64,000 nt of DNA from Actinomycetota bacterium (GCA_009702045.1 WLIV01000003.1:67591-131590), one strand, 5' to 3'. Counted from the stretch's first letter, positions 9,109 to 18,903 are shown. Notes: generated by a model not told the origin, from the sequence alone. Translations and numbers: made by a program.

Positions 9109-9843
9109 TCAGCCCTGGGGCTGTGAACCCTTGCCGGAGTTCGAATGGTCAGTGGTGGTCGGGCCACCCTTGCCACTTCCGCCAGCCTCGGTGGGCAGTG
9201 TGGCGTGCGGGTCGGCCTGCTCGGGCAGCGTCACTGACGAGCCCGCATGATCCTCCGGGGTGCTGCTGGAACTGGCCGAGTCGTCGTGGGCGTGGGCTGC
9301 CTCATGGGAGGTGTGCACATCGGTGCAGTACTCGTCGACTGACTCGGTGTTGGCCGTGGCGGCATCGTCGAGGGCGGAGAACGCCGGGTTATCGGCCTTC
9401 TTGTCGCCACCGTTGGTCCACGCCTGGCACAGGCCGAAGTCTGCCTCGTCAGCAGCATCCGTGCCCTCTGCCGAGTTGTCAGTGCCGTCAGTCGTGGTGG
9501 ACGGATCGATACTCGTGCTGACATCCGAGGTGGTGGTGTCGATACCCAGGACTTCGGCTGCGTGATGCGATCCGCTGAACGGGCTAGGGATGTGGGTCAG
9601 GGCGCCACCGGCGGCGGCGGCGGTGCCGGCGGCGAGCAGGGTGATGGCGACCATCGCAGTGGCGCGACGAGTAATACGACCGGCGAACATGGAATGGCTC
9701 CTAGAGGTGAGAGTGGGGGCGGTGACCTCAGCAGTGAATGCCTGGACGAAGGCCGACATACCGGCCAGTTCCTCCTCGGTGCCGGGCTGAGCCGCGGCGT
9801 TGAGCAGTGCATCCATGTCGAGCGGGGAGTGTTGCTCGGTCAC
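9109..9843 (-). CDS. Putative membrane-anchored anti-sigma factor (single TM, acidic His/Asp/Thr-rich extracytoplasmic domain)
   Basis: Lies 31 nt downstream of the ECF sigma gene. Single TM (ATAMVAITLLAAGTAAAAGGAL). No recognisable zf-HC2 motif, so the function is inferred from position only. Confidence 0.45.
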   Translation of the reverse strand: MTEQHSPLDMDALLNAAAQPGTEEELAGMSAFVQAFTAEVTAPTLTSRSHSMFAGRITRRATAMVAITLLAAGTAAAAGGALTHIPSPFSGSHHAAEVLGIDTTTSDVSTSIDPSTTTDGTDNSAEGTDAADEADFGLCQAWTNGGDKKADNPAFSALDDAATANTESVDEYCTDVHTSHEAAHAHDDSASSSSTPEDHAGSSVTLPEQADPHATLPTEAGGSGKGGPTTTDHSNSGKGSQPQG

Positions 9844-9874
9844 GGCTGACAGATCGCCAGGGCCGGGGTCAGAA

Positions 9875-10465
9875 TTACACGATCTCGAAGAATTCTTCCG
9901 GGTTGGCCTGTAACTGCTCGGCCAAGCGTCGTAGCGCCCGGTGCTGGTTCACGCGCACCCAGTTCGCAGAGCGGCCCATCACCTCAGCAACGTGGTTGAC
10001 GTCCAGCTCGGCGACCACCCGGAGCACCAGCACTTCGGCCTGTTCCGGTGGGAGCGACCGCGTGATGAAGTCGACCGCTTGCTGACCGGAGAAACCGTCG
10101 ATGACGGTGTCGGCAGGGTCGGCACCGCCAGCCAGCTCTGCGAAACGGTCGGTATCGGTGGGGTCGGTGGCCCGCCGGGCCCCAGTACGACGGTGATCTG
10201 CCAAGCGCCGTCGGGCGATGGAGAACACCCAGGCCCGGAAGTCGGCGAGTTCACCCACGAAGGTGCCGATGCCACGCGCCATCGCCAGCCAGACTTCGCT
10301 GCTGATGTCGTCGGCCGCACGCGGCTCGGTGCTGCGCAGGAAGCGCAGGACGCGCGGCTGCAGATCGCAGAACAGCACCTCCGCAGCCCAGGCCGCACCC
10401 TCTTGGGCGGCGGTGAGCACCTCAGGGAACGATGTCTCGTCAAGCGGAGTCGGCGGGTGCTGCAT
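9875..10465 (-). CDS. ECF-type RNA polymerase sigma-70 factor
   Basis: Region 2 (DISSEVWLAMARGIGTF...FRAWVFSIARRRLADHRR) and a region 4 HTH (EVLVLRVVAELDVNHVAEVMGRSANWVRVNQHRALRRL). Confidence 0.85.
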   Translation of the reverse strand: MQHPPTPLDETSFPEVLTAAQEGAAWAAEVLFCDLQPRVLRFLRSTEPRAADDISSEVWLAMARGIGTFVGELADFRAWVFSIARRRLADHRRTGARRATDPTDTDRFAELAGGADPADTVIDGFSGQQAVDFITRSLPPEQAEVLVLRVVAELDVNHVAEVMGRSANWVRVNQHRALRRLAEQLQANPEEFFEIV

Positions 10466-10596
10466 AGCTCTTGAAGTATCGACGGTTCATCCCGTGATCG
10501 CAGCCAAGGTTTGGCCAATTCTCGGCCAGGCTTCGCGGTCGCATCCGGTGTGGGCACGGTGACGAATGGGCGCTGCGGCTGGAATAGCCTGCGCGC

Positions 10597-12054
10597 ATGG
10601 ACTACATCGTCACCCCCCTTGCCGAGATCGCTCCCAAGGTCGCTGCGGCACGAGCGGCCTACGACACTGGCGGCACCAAGCCGTTGGCATGGCGCAAGGC
10701 AACACTTGAGCGCATGCGCGGGCTGCTGGAAGCGCGTGAGGAGCGTCTCCTCGACGCGCTCGCCGCGGACTTCGCCAAGCCGCGTTTCGAGGCGTGGTTC
10801 ACCGAGGTCGGGTTCACCGTCGGCGACATCAACCACACCCTTGCGCATCTTCCTGGTTGGATGCAGCCCGAGAAAGTGCCGACGCCGGTGTCGTTCAAGC
10901 CCGGTTCGTCGTACATCGTGCCCGAGCCCGTAGGCGTCACCTGTGTCATCGCTCCCTGGAACTACCCGGTGCAACTACTACTCGGACCGGTGACCGCCGC
11001 AATTGCTGCTGGCAACGCCGTGGTCGCCAAGCCCAGCGAGTTGGCGCCGCACATCGCCGCCGAACTGGTGTCGCTGATCGAGGCGCTCAACGATCCAGCA
11101 GTGGTCGCTGTCCAGGGTGGCGTGACCGAGACCACCGAACTACTGGCCCAGCGTTTCGACCACATCCTCTACACCGGGAACAGTCGGGTCGCGCGCATCG
11201 TCATGCGCGCCGCCGCCGAGCACCTCACGCCGGTCACGCTCGAACTGGGCGGGAAGAGCCCGGCCATCGTCAGTCGCAACGCGAACATCGACCTTGCCGC
11301 ACGCCGCATCGCGTGGGGCAAGTTCATGAACGCCGGACAGACCTGCATCGCCCCTGATTACGTGCTCGTCGAGCAACCGGTGCACGACCAACTGGTCGCC
11401 GCGCTCGGTCAGCACATCAGCAAGTTCTATGGCGCCGACCCGCAGAAGAGCACCGACTTCACTCGCATCGTCAACGTGCCGCACTTCCAGCGTCTGGAGA
11501 AGTTGCTCGACAGCGGCACGGTGGCCCACGGTGGAGTCACCGACGCCGAGACGCGCTACATCGCGCCCACCGTGCTCACCGGTGTGCAGCCCACCGATCC
11601 GGTGATGGGCGAGGAGATCTTCGGGCCGATCCTGCCGGTGCTGGCGGTCGGCTCGATCGACGAGGCGATCGCGTTCGTCAACGAGCGCTCCGCCGCCGGT
11701 GATCGGCCACTCGCGCTCTATTCGTTCAGCGATGACGACACCGAGAACGATCGGGTGCTCGGCGGCGCCACCAGCGGTGGTGCCTGCGTCAATGGCACGT
11801 TGTTCCATATCTCCAACCCGAACCTGCCGTTCGGCGGCACTGGCGAGAGCGGGATGGGCGCATACCACGGCAAGTTCGGCTTCGACACGTTCAGCCATCA
11901 GCGCGCGGTGTTCACCCGCAGTACGAAAATCGACCCTTCGATGCTGTACCCGCCGTATTCGGCAAAGAAGCAGAAGTTGCTGCGCCGCGGGATGACGATG
12001 ACCGACCCGCGCGACGCGCTCAGCACGCTGCGCAACAAGTTTCGCCGCGGCTGA
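10597..12054 (+). CDS. NAD(P)-dependent aldehyde dehydrogenase (class 3-like)
   Basis: LELGGKSP, FMNAGQTCIAPDYVLV (catalytic Cys) and EEIFGPILPV motifs. Confidence 0.9.
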   Translation: MDYIVTPLAEIAPKVAAARAAYDTGGTKPLAWRKATLERMRGLLEAREERLLDALAADFAKPRFEAWFTEVGFTVGDINHTLAHLPGWMQPEKVPTPVSFKPGSSYIVPEPVGVTCVIAPWNYPVQLLLGPVTAAIAAGNAVVAKPSELAPHIAAELVSLIEALNDPAVVAVQGGVTETTELLAQRFDHILYTGNSRVARIVMRAAAEHLTPVTLELGGKSPAIVSRNANIDLAARRIAWGKFMNAGQTCIAPDYVLVEQPVHDQLVAALGQHISKFYGADPQKSTDFTRIVNVPHFQRLEKLLDSGTVAHGGVTDAETRYIAPTVLTGVQPTDPVMGEEIFGPILPVLAVGSIDEAIAFVNERSAAGDRPLALYSFSDDDTENDRVLGGATSGGACVNGTLFHISNPNLPFGGTGESGMGAYHGKFGFDTFSHQRAVFTRSTKIDPSMLYPPYSAKKQKLLRRGMTMTDPRDALSTLRNKFRRG

Positions 12055-12077
12055 GGGCACCTGCCGGCTTGCGCCCG

Positions 12078-12656
12078 TCAGGGTGTGAGCAACGACTCGA
12101 CGTGCTTCTGCAGCTGCTCGATGCCCGTGCCCTTCGACGCGCTGACCCAGATGATGTCGCCGATCTCCAGCCCACATCCGGCCGCCAGATCGCGCTTGCG
12201 TGTGTCGCGTTTGGACGACCTCACCTTGTCGAGTTTCGTAGCGACGATGGTGTGCGGCACCACGCTTGCGCTCAACCAGTTGAGCATCTGCACGTCGAGT
12301 TTCGTCGGCCCGATCTCACCGTCGACGAGTACGAACACCACCTCGAGCCCTTCGCGTTCAAGTAGGTAGCCCTCGATCATCGCCTGCCATGTGGCGCGTT
12401 CGCGTCCGGGCACCTTGGCGTAGCCGTAGCCGGGTAGGTCGACGATCGTGCCGCCGCCGGGCAGTGTGAACAGGTTGATCAGTTGCGTGCGGCCCGGTGT
12501 GTTCGACACGCGTGCCAACTGTCGTTGGTTGGCGAGCGCGTTGATCAACGATGACTTACCGACGTTGCTGCGGCCGACGAATGCGACCTCGCACGGCGTG
12601 GGGGGAAGGTCGCTATGGCGTTTGGCCGAAGTGACGAAGCGGATCTGGAGCGGCAC
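12078..12656 (-). CDS. engB: Ribosome-biogenesis GTPase YihA/YsxC
   Basis: G1 GRSNVGKSSLINAL, G3 DLPGYG, G4 ATKLDK. GTG start at 12656 immediately after the stop of the upstream lipoprotein gene. The longer track ORF is an Arg-rich extension. Confidence 0.85.
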   Translation of the reverse strand: MPLQIRFVTSAKRHSDLPPTPCEVAFVGRSNVGKSSLINALANQRQLARVSNTPGRTQLINLFTLPGGGTIVDLPGYGYAKVPGRERATWQAMIEGYLLEREGLEVVFVLVDGEIGPTKLDVQMLNWLSASVVPHTIVATKLDKVRSSKRDTRKRDLAAGCGLEIGDIIWVSASKGTGIEQLQKHVESLLTP

Positions 12657-12658
12657 GA

Positions 12659-13642
12659 TTACTTCGGAAGACTGGCCCAGAGGCCGGTGATGCCGACGAC
12701 GAGGCCGTCGTGGGAGGGCGAAAGCGCATACATCACGTAGCCAGCGTCGCCGGTCGTCTGAGCGCCAACGAAGGCAGCGACGCCGCTCTCGGTGGTCCAG
12801 CTGAGCCCGGGGAACCCGTTGACCGTGTCGTCGGCGACGGTGGCCTGTGTGAGGAAATTGGCCAGCTCGAAGATGCTGGTGGATTTCACGGTGTCCGTGG
12901 GCAGGAAGATGTACACGTTGGCGATCAGTGTGCCGTCTTTGCTCACCTCGACGCCGGCCACCCGACCGGGACTCGCGGCCGTGATCGGAGAGTTGTCCAG
13001 CACGGTGGTCCATGCGGTCAGCAGGTTGTCGGCAACGTCGGTGAACGTGAGGCCGTCGACCGGCACGAGCTCAGCGGCCAAGGCCAGGGTGGTCTTGTTG
13101 CTGTCAGTGCTGGCAGTGATCGGGGTGGTGGTTGCCGGGTCGGTGACCGGCGGGTCGGTGACCGGCGGGGCGAGTTCGTCGAACAGTGGGTCGAGGTCGC
13201 AGTGTTTGGCGTCGAGGCTGTCGGCGAGATCGGCGTCCTGAGCACGTACTGACTCGAACTCAGTGGTGCGGTCGTCGATCGTGGCCTGATCGGCGGTCCT
13301 GGAGGCAGTGGCGATGTCGTCGAGCACGTCGACGAGGTGGTCGAAGTTGCTGACGAGCGTCTTCGCGTCGGAGGTAGCTGCGGACGATCCGCTGGGCACC
13401 TGCAGCTTCTTCAGCGCTGTGACCGCGGATGCGAACAAATGGGACGCGTCGTCGGCGAAGCCCTTCAGGTCGTCGACCGTGCTGGGCTTGCTGAGGTCGC
13501 CGAGGCCGGTGCCAAGCGCGCGGCAAATACCGTCGACGTTGTTGGCGAACTGGCTGCTGCTGGGCGCGCTGTTGCTGCAGGCGACCATTGTGACCAGTGC
13601 TGCCATGGTGGCCGCGAGTGCCACTGCCTTTCGAACCGCCAT
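12659..13642 (-). CDS. Hypothetical secreted lipoprotein
   Basis: Signal peptide plus lipobox (AALVTMVAC-S) and a PVTDPPVTDP linker. No recognised domain. Confidence 0.6.
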   Translation of the reverse strand: MAVRKAVALAATMAALVTMVACSNSAPSSSQFANNVDGICRALGTGLGDLSKPSTVDDLKGFADDASHLFASAVTALKKLQVPSGSSAATSDAKTLVSNFDHLVDVLDDIATASRTADQATIDDRTTEFESVRAQDADLADSLDAKHCDLDPLFDELAPPVTDPPVTDPATTTPITASTDSNKTTLALAAELVPVDGLTFTDVADNLLTAWTTVLDNSPITAASPGRVAGVEVSKDGTLIANVYIFLPTDTVKSTSIFELANFLTQATVADDTVNGFPGLSWTTESGVAAFVGAQTTGDAGYVMYALSPSHDGLVVGITGLWASLPK

Positions 13643-13706
13643 GTCCCGTTTCCCTTTCCGCGTCTCCCCCACCGTATAGCGCTGCGACGCAGATGGAGGA
13701 CAAGCG

Positions 13707-14474
13707 TCAGTGGGCGATGTACCGGTTGAACTCCTCGTTGCTGAACACCTGCAGATCGTGAGTGATCACACATCCGCTGTAGCCGGGGCGTTCGGCGAGC
13801 CATTGCAGGCCGTCGATACCCATCACATAGACGGTCGTGGCGAATGCGTCTGCTTCGGCGATGTCAGGTCCGACTACCGTTGCACTGGCCAACTCGGTCT
13901 TCGGGCTGTTGTGGCGTGGGTCGAAGATGTGGGCGCCGCGCTCGTAGCTGCCACTCGTGGCGATGCCCAGCGGCCCTTCCACCTCGAGGATCATCGCCAG
14001 GCCCATTGGATCGGCGGGGTGGCGAATACCCACGCGCCATTTCTGGCCGCCTTGATCGAGGCCCTCCACCGCGACGTCGCCGCCGGCGTTGATCAGGAAG
14101 TCTCGTATGCCGTTGGTACGGAGGTAGCGGGCGGCGCGCTCGACCGACCAGCCCTTGACATACCCGCACGGGTCGAAGCGGGTGCCATTGGGCGACGGCA
14201 ACGACCAGACGTCGAACACGCCGTCGCTCTCCTCGTTGAGTTCACCGCAGCGCTGCAGCACTTCGCGCACATCGTCGCTGACGTCGTCGTCAGTGGGGGC
14301 CAACTCGCCCCGCCCGATGAGCGTAATGGTGCTGTCGTCCTTGTACGGGCTGAACTCTGCGTCCACTTGGTGGAACCAGCGCACCAGCTCATCGATCAAC
14401 CCTCGGTCGTGCGAATCGATCACGTCGATGCTGATCTGGGTGCCCATCACCGCTTCGACGTGGTGCAGGCTCAT
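13707..14474 (-). CDS. apbE: FAD:protein FMN transferase (ApbE family)
   Basis: AMGT start motif, GIATSGSYERG, and Mg/FAD site residues typical of ApbE. Confidence 0.85.
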   Translation of the reverse strand: MSLHHVEAVMGTQISIDVIDSHDRGLIDELVRWFHQVDAEFSPYKDDSTITLIGRGELAPTDDDVSDDVREVLQRCGELNEESDGVFDVWSLPSPNGTRFDPCGYVKGWSVERAARYLRTNGIRDFLINAGGDVAVEGLDQGGQKWRVGIRHPADPMGLAMILEVEGPLGIATSGSYERGAHIFDPRHNSPKTELASATVVGPDIAEADAFATTVYVMGIDGLQWLAERPGYSGCVITHDLQVFSNEEFNRYIAH

Positions 14475-14488
14475 GTGCGAAGTATGGG

Positions 14489-15382
14489 TCAGGCGACGCC
14501 CGACGCAGCCTTCGCCGCATCGATTGCCGATTGCAACGTCTTCTTGTAGCTCTTCGAGGTGTATGTCGCGCCCGAGACCGTGCGGACGCTGGCGCTCTGC
14601 GCCGAGATTGTCTCCGAGATCAGTTGCGGCAGTGCGATTTGGCTGATGCGGTAACTGCGGCTGTCGCCGTTCGGGTACGACAGCATCTGCACATCAGTGA
14701 TCTGCCCGCCCGCGTACACGACCTGCACCTGGACTGTGCCGAAGCGGTTGGAGCTTCCGGCACCTGCGTAGGTGCCGTCCTTGACGCCAGCAGCAGTGAC
14801 GGGGGCCGCGGTGACTGGAGCGGCAGTGACGGGTGCCGCGGTGGCAGCCGTGTTGCTCGCGGCCGCGGTGGTGGCCGTGCTGTCGGCGGTGGTGGCAACC
14901 GTGGTCGGCGTGGTGGCGAGCGTTCCCTGCGTGAGCACGATCGCGTCGGTCTGTCCGTTCTGCTGAGAGAACATCCCAGCCAGGCCGATGGTGGTGACTG
15001 CGCTGAGCGCCAGCGAGGCCATCTTGGCGGCCTTGGCCGGCTTGGCGCGCTTCCCGGCCGGCTTGGCGCCGGGGCGACTACCCGGGCCACCCTTGACCGG
15101 ACCATTCGCCGCACCGCGTGCAGCGGCGAGTGCCGCGATGCGAGCGGCGGCCTGGGCCGAGGGCTTCACGCCGGGGGTGACGGTGCCCGTGGTCGGTACC
15201 GTCGGGCGGGCGACAGGGCGGTTGACGGTTCCGGGCTTCGGGGGCGGCAACTGCTGCGAACGCTGTTGGGGCTGGCCCTGCGCAGGACGGGCTGCGGCCT
15301 TCGCTGGGCGGCGGTCTTCGAGTTGCTGCAGACGCATCAGCGGATCAATCGGGCCCTGCTGGCGGGGGTTACGTGCGTTCAT
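14489..15382 (-). CDS. Membrane-anchored FMN-binding domain protein (predicted ApbE substrate)
   Basis: C-terminal FMN_bind domain with the flavinylation-type motif RTVSGATYTS. One TM. Long Pro/Ala/Gln-rich N-terminus. TAAPV x3 tandem repeat. Confidence 0.8.
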   Translation of the reverse strand: MNARNPRQQGPIDPLMRLQQLEDRRPAKAAARPAQGQPQQRSQQLPPPKPGTVNRPVARPTVPTTGTVTPGVKPSAQAAARIAALAAARGAANGPVKGGPGSRPGAKPAGKRAKPAKAAKMASLALSAVTTIGLAGMFSQQNGQTDAIVLTQGTLATTPTTVATTADSTATTAAASNTAATAAPVTAAPVTAAPVTAAGVKDGTYAGAGSSNRFGTVQVQVVYAGGQITDVQMLSYPNGDSRSYRISQIALPQLISETISAQSASVRTVSGATYTSKSYKKTLQSAIDAAKAASGVA

Positions 15383-15425
15383 GTCGAGGAGTCCTTCGGT
15401 GGGGGAAACCGGTAAGGGTTCGGGT

Positions 15426-15995
15426 TCAGGCCAGAGCCCGGCGTCGCTGGGCGATGCCGATCAGACGGATGGAGACGGGATAGACAGCGACGCCCATAAG
15501 GATCGCCAGGAAGCGCATGAAGTTCGTCGAGCCGGAGATTGAGTCGCTGCCGGCCTGGTAGGAATGGACGACGGTGAGCACGGTGGCGGGGATGGCGAGC
15601 AGGTGCACCACGTGCCACGCCCTGCGCGGCAGGCGTCGACGAATCTTGGCCATCGACGGCAGCACCACGATGACGAACATCCAGAACGACACGACGCCCC
15701 ACCCGATCGCCCAGCCGACAGTGTTGCTGGGTACGAACAGGTCGACGAAGCGCAGCCCCGTGCGGGTGTTGGCGAATGCGACGAGCATATGAATGCCAAT
15801 GAACACCAGGGTGAGGCCACCGAGCCAGTTGTGCAGGGCGAGCCACCAGTTGGGCTTCATCCGCGTGCCGGTGTTGCGAGCCGAGAAGAACAGACCCCAC
15901 ACCAAGGCGGCCACGGCGAGCACGGCGGCGACGATGCCGGTGCTACGACTGAGGTACCAGAGCCAGTTGTCCATGGGTGCCAGTGTGAGGCTCAT
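15426..15995 (-). CDS. Ferric-reductase-like (MsrQ/FRD-type) heme-b transmembrane protein
   Basis: 189 aa, multi-TM, with conserved His pairs (LHNWLG...IGIHML; WHVVHLL...VVHSY). Confidence 0.7.
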   Translation of the reverse strand: MSLTLAPMDNWLWYLSRSTGIVAAVLAVAALVWGLFFSARNTGTRMKPNWWLALHNWLGGLTLVFIGIHMLVAFANTRTGLRFVDLFVPSNTVGWAIGWGVVSFWMFVIVVLPSMAKIRRRLPRRAWHVVHLLAIPATVLTVVHSYQAGSDSISGSTNFMRFLAILMGVAVYPVSIRLIGIAQRRRALA

Positions 15996-16063
15996 TCGTG
16001 AAGCGGGGGTCGCGCGGAGGTGAGAGTTGCGTAAGAACCAGAGTTCCTGCTTCTTGGTCAGTC

Positions 16064-18220
16064 CTACCCCAGCAACGTGTCGACAGCAGCTTCGATCTCG
16101 GCTTCACTCAGCAACATCAGCTTGGCCGCGTCGCCCAGGGGGATGAAGCTGTCCTTGCTGGTCACGCGGGCCATCCGGCCGGTGAACCCCGCGTCGATGA
16201 GCGCTGCGAGGATCCCTTCAGACACGCCGCCGGAGCGTCGGGTCTCGTCCACCACCAGCACCGTGCCGGTGGCCAGTGCCTCGCGCACCAGGTCGTCGAC
16301 GGGCAAGGGCGAGATCCAGCGCAGGTCGACCACCCGTGCGTGGACACCCCTCGCGGCCAGACGATGCTGCACTCGCAAGGACATGAACAGGCCGTTACCG
16401 AAGGTGACGATGGTGAGGTCGTCGCCGTCGCCGTCGCCGTCTCGCGCCGAACGGTACGTGCGGGCGGTACCGATGGGCACATGCCTCGACGTGTCGGGGG
16501 TGCCCAGCCATCGGCGGTCGCCGGGTTCCAGCAGATCGCTGGTGTGATAGCGGGCGATGGGTTCCACCAACACGCTCACCGTGCCGTCCACCTGGGCCGC
16601 CGCCACCATCGTGCGCAACATCGCCGCCGCATCCTCGGGGCGGGAGGGCACACCCACCACCACGCCGGGCAGGTCGCGCAGCACGGTCAGCGAATCGTCG
16701 TTGTGGAAGTGGCCGCCGAAACCTTCCTGGTAACCGAGTCCGGCGATGCGCACGACCATGCCGTTGCGGTACTGGCCGTTGGAGAAGAACTGCAGCGTGG
16801 CGGCCTCACCACGCAACTGATCCTCGGCGTTGTGCAGGTAGGCGAGGTACTCGATCTCGGCGATCGGTAGGAAGCCGCTGATCGCAGTGCCGTTGGCGAG
16901 CCCGAGGATGCTGGTCTCGTCGAGCAGTGTGTCGAACACTCGGGCGGCGCCAGCCTGTGTGAGCAGGCCCTTGGTGACGCCGTACACGCCACCCTTGGCG
17001 GCGACGTCCTCGCCGAACACGAGCAGGTTGGGGTGCTCGCTCAGCAGCGAACTCAGGGTGGAGTTGAGCGCTTGCGCCAGGGTCAGCGGAGTGTCGTCGG
17101 CAGGTGAGGTTGCGGAGCGCACCACCCCGGCGACGGCAGCGGGTGCCCGTGGTGCCAGTGGGGCGACCACGGCCGCAGCGGTGGAGAGTTGCGGCCACTC
17201 GGCGACGGTGGCGGCCACGTCGTACACGTGACTGCGCAGCGCGTCGTGCCGTTCGACGAGCGAGGCAGGTGTGTGCCCTGCGGCGACCAAGCGCCTGGCT
17301 GTCGCCACGATGGGATCGCGCTCGAGGTCGGCACGCATCTCGGCCGGCGTGCGGTAGGAGCTCTCGACATCGGTACCTGCGTGGCCACCGAAGCGCACGG
17401 TGCGCACGTGCAGGAACGCCGGCCGACGTTGTGTGCGCACCCGTTCGCCCAACTCGGCGGTGACTGCGAGCACGCCTTCAGGGTCGGTGCCGTCCACCTG
17501 CGCGTAGCGCAGATGAGGGCGACTGCCGTACGCCGACTCGATCCAGCCGTCGGGTGTGCGCACGCTGATGCCCAGGCCGTTGTCCTCGCAGACGAACAGC
17601 AACGGCAGCGGGAGTCGTTGGTGCGCGCAGTGCAGTGCGGCGTTCACGGTGCCAGTGGTGACGTTGTGGTTGGCCGAGGCATCACCGAACGACGTGATCG
17701 CCAACGCGTCGGCTGGCCACGGTGACTCGATACCCAGTCGGTCGGCGCGGCCAATGGCGAAGGCCACGCCGAGTGCACGCGGCAGATGAGAGGCGATGGT
17801 CGACGTCTGCGGGATGATCGCCAGGTCGTGGCGGCCGAACACTTTGTGGCGTCCGCCGGAGATGGGTTCTTCGGTGGAGGCGACGACACCGGCGAGGATG
17901 TCGCGCACACCCTCGAACCCTGCACGGGCCAGATAGAAACCGCCGCTGCGATAGTGCAGTAGGGCAGGGTCGGTGGGGTGTAGCGCCATCGCCACGGCGG
18001 CGTTGCTCTCGTGGCCCGAGGAGCCGATGGTGTAGTAACCCTTGCCCTGGCCGCGCAACCAGCGGGCGGCGAGGTCGCAGTGGCGGCTGGCCACCTGCAC
18101 GTCGAACAGTTCCTGCAGCGTGGCCAGCGTGTCTGCGCCGGGTGCCGGTCCGATGGCGGTCAGCGCGCCCAGCGCGTTGACCAGTGAGGTCTCGAGCGGA
18201 CCACGATCAGGAGCAGCCAC
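16064..18220 (-). CDS. TPP-dependent 2-oxoacid dehydrogenase E1 component, fused alpha-beta subunits
   Basis: 718 aa. The N-terminal half resembles E1-alpha (GDASANH..., TPP fold). The C-terminal half resembles E1-beta/transketolase (FGEDV, YGVTKGL, IAEIEYLAY). Confidence 0.85.
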   Translation of the reverse strand: MAAPDRGPLETSLVNALGALTAIGPAPGADTLATLQELFDVQVASRHCDLAARWLRGQGKGYYTIGSSGHESNAAVAMALHPTDPALLHYRSGGFYLARAGFEGVRDILAGVVASTEEPISGGRHKVFGRHDLAIIPQTSTIASHLPRALGVAFAIGRADRLGIESPWPADALAITSFGDASANHNVTTGTVNAALHCAHQRLPLPLLFVCEDNGLGISVRTPDGWIESAYGSRPHLRYAQVDGTDPEGVLAVTAELGERVRTQRRPAFLHVRTVRFGGHAGTDVESSYRTPAEMRADLERDPIVATARRLVAAGHTPASLVERHDALRSHVYDVAATVAEWPQLSTAAAVVAPLAPRAPAAVAGVVRSATSPADDTPLTLAQALNSTLSSLLSEHPNLLVFGEDVAAKGGVYGVTKGLLTQAGAARVFDTLLDETSILGLANGTAISGFLPIAEIEYLAYLHNAEDQLRGEAATLQFFSNGQYRNGMVVRIAGLGYQEGFGGHFHNDDSLTVLRDLPGVVVGVPSRPEDAAAMLRTMVAAAQVDGTVSVLVEPIARYHTSDLLEPGDRRWLGTPDTSRHVPIGTARTYRSARDGDGDGDDLTIVTFGNGLFMSLRVQHRLAARGVHARVVDLRWISPLPVDDLVREALATGTVLVVDETRRSGGVSEGILAALIDAGFTGRMARVTSKDSFIPLGDAAKLMLLSEAEIEAAVDTLLG

Positions 18221-18317
18221 GCCTCCAGTTTGCCAGGTACCCGCAACCCCCTGCTCACGTCGCGGGCCTGACGTCGATTTCTGCGGTCACGGCCGCGACA
18301 TGAACGGGTGGGCGCGG

Positions 18318-18890
18318 TCAGATGTCGACGCGGTAGCGGACGATGCGCGGGTCGCCGCTGGGTTGCACGACGGCGCGGTAGCGGTTGATCAGCGCACGCA
18401 TCGGCACGTTTTCCCGCAGTACATCGGCGATCAGTCGGCGGATGCCCCGCTTGCGGGCGAGTACGAGCATGGCGTCCATCATGCGCGACCCGACACCGGT
18501 GCCCTGGTACTCGTCGATGACCGTGACCGACAACTCGGCCGGACCGGTCTGACTTCCCATCCAGCGCGCCACGCCGACGGGGCGGCCCTCGGGGTGGCGG
18601 TCGTCATCGCGCAACGCTGCGTCGAACGCGATGACGGCCCCGTTGTAGGTGCCGTCTACGTCGGCCAAACGTTTCAGCACGGGTTCGGGCAGCTCGTGCA
18701 CTGGGGTGAAGAAGCGCATGTGCCGAGACTCGGGACTCAGCGCGTCGAATCCCTCTTGGAAGTACCGGTCGAAGTCGGCAGGGACGGCTTCGCGGGTGAC
18801 GATGAGCGGGGAGTGGTCAATGTGCCCATGATGCCTGAGTCGGGGACCCTCGTGGTTGCGATTGATGGCACATGTGACGACGGGCGACAC
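18318..18890 (-). CDS. GNAT-family N-acetyltransferase (Pat-like GNAT domain)
   Basis: SPESRHMRFF motif and acetyl-CoA site QGTGVGSRMM. The start is uncertain. Confidence 0.7.
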   Translation of the reverse strand: MSPVVTCAINRNHEGPRLRHHGHIDHSPLIVTREAVPADFDRYFQEGFDALSPESRHMRFFTPVHELPEPVLKRLADVDGTYNGAVIAFDAALRDDDRHPEGRPVGVARWMGSQTGPAELSVTVIDEYQGTGVGSRMMDAMLVLARKRGIRRLIADVLRENVPMRALINRYRAVVQPSGDPRIVRYRVDI

Positions 18891-18903
18891 ACCTGGTCGA
18901 CGG

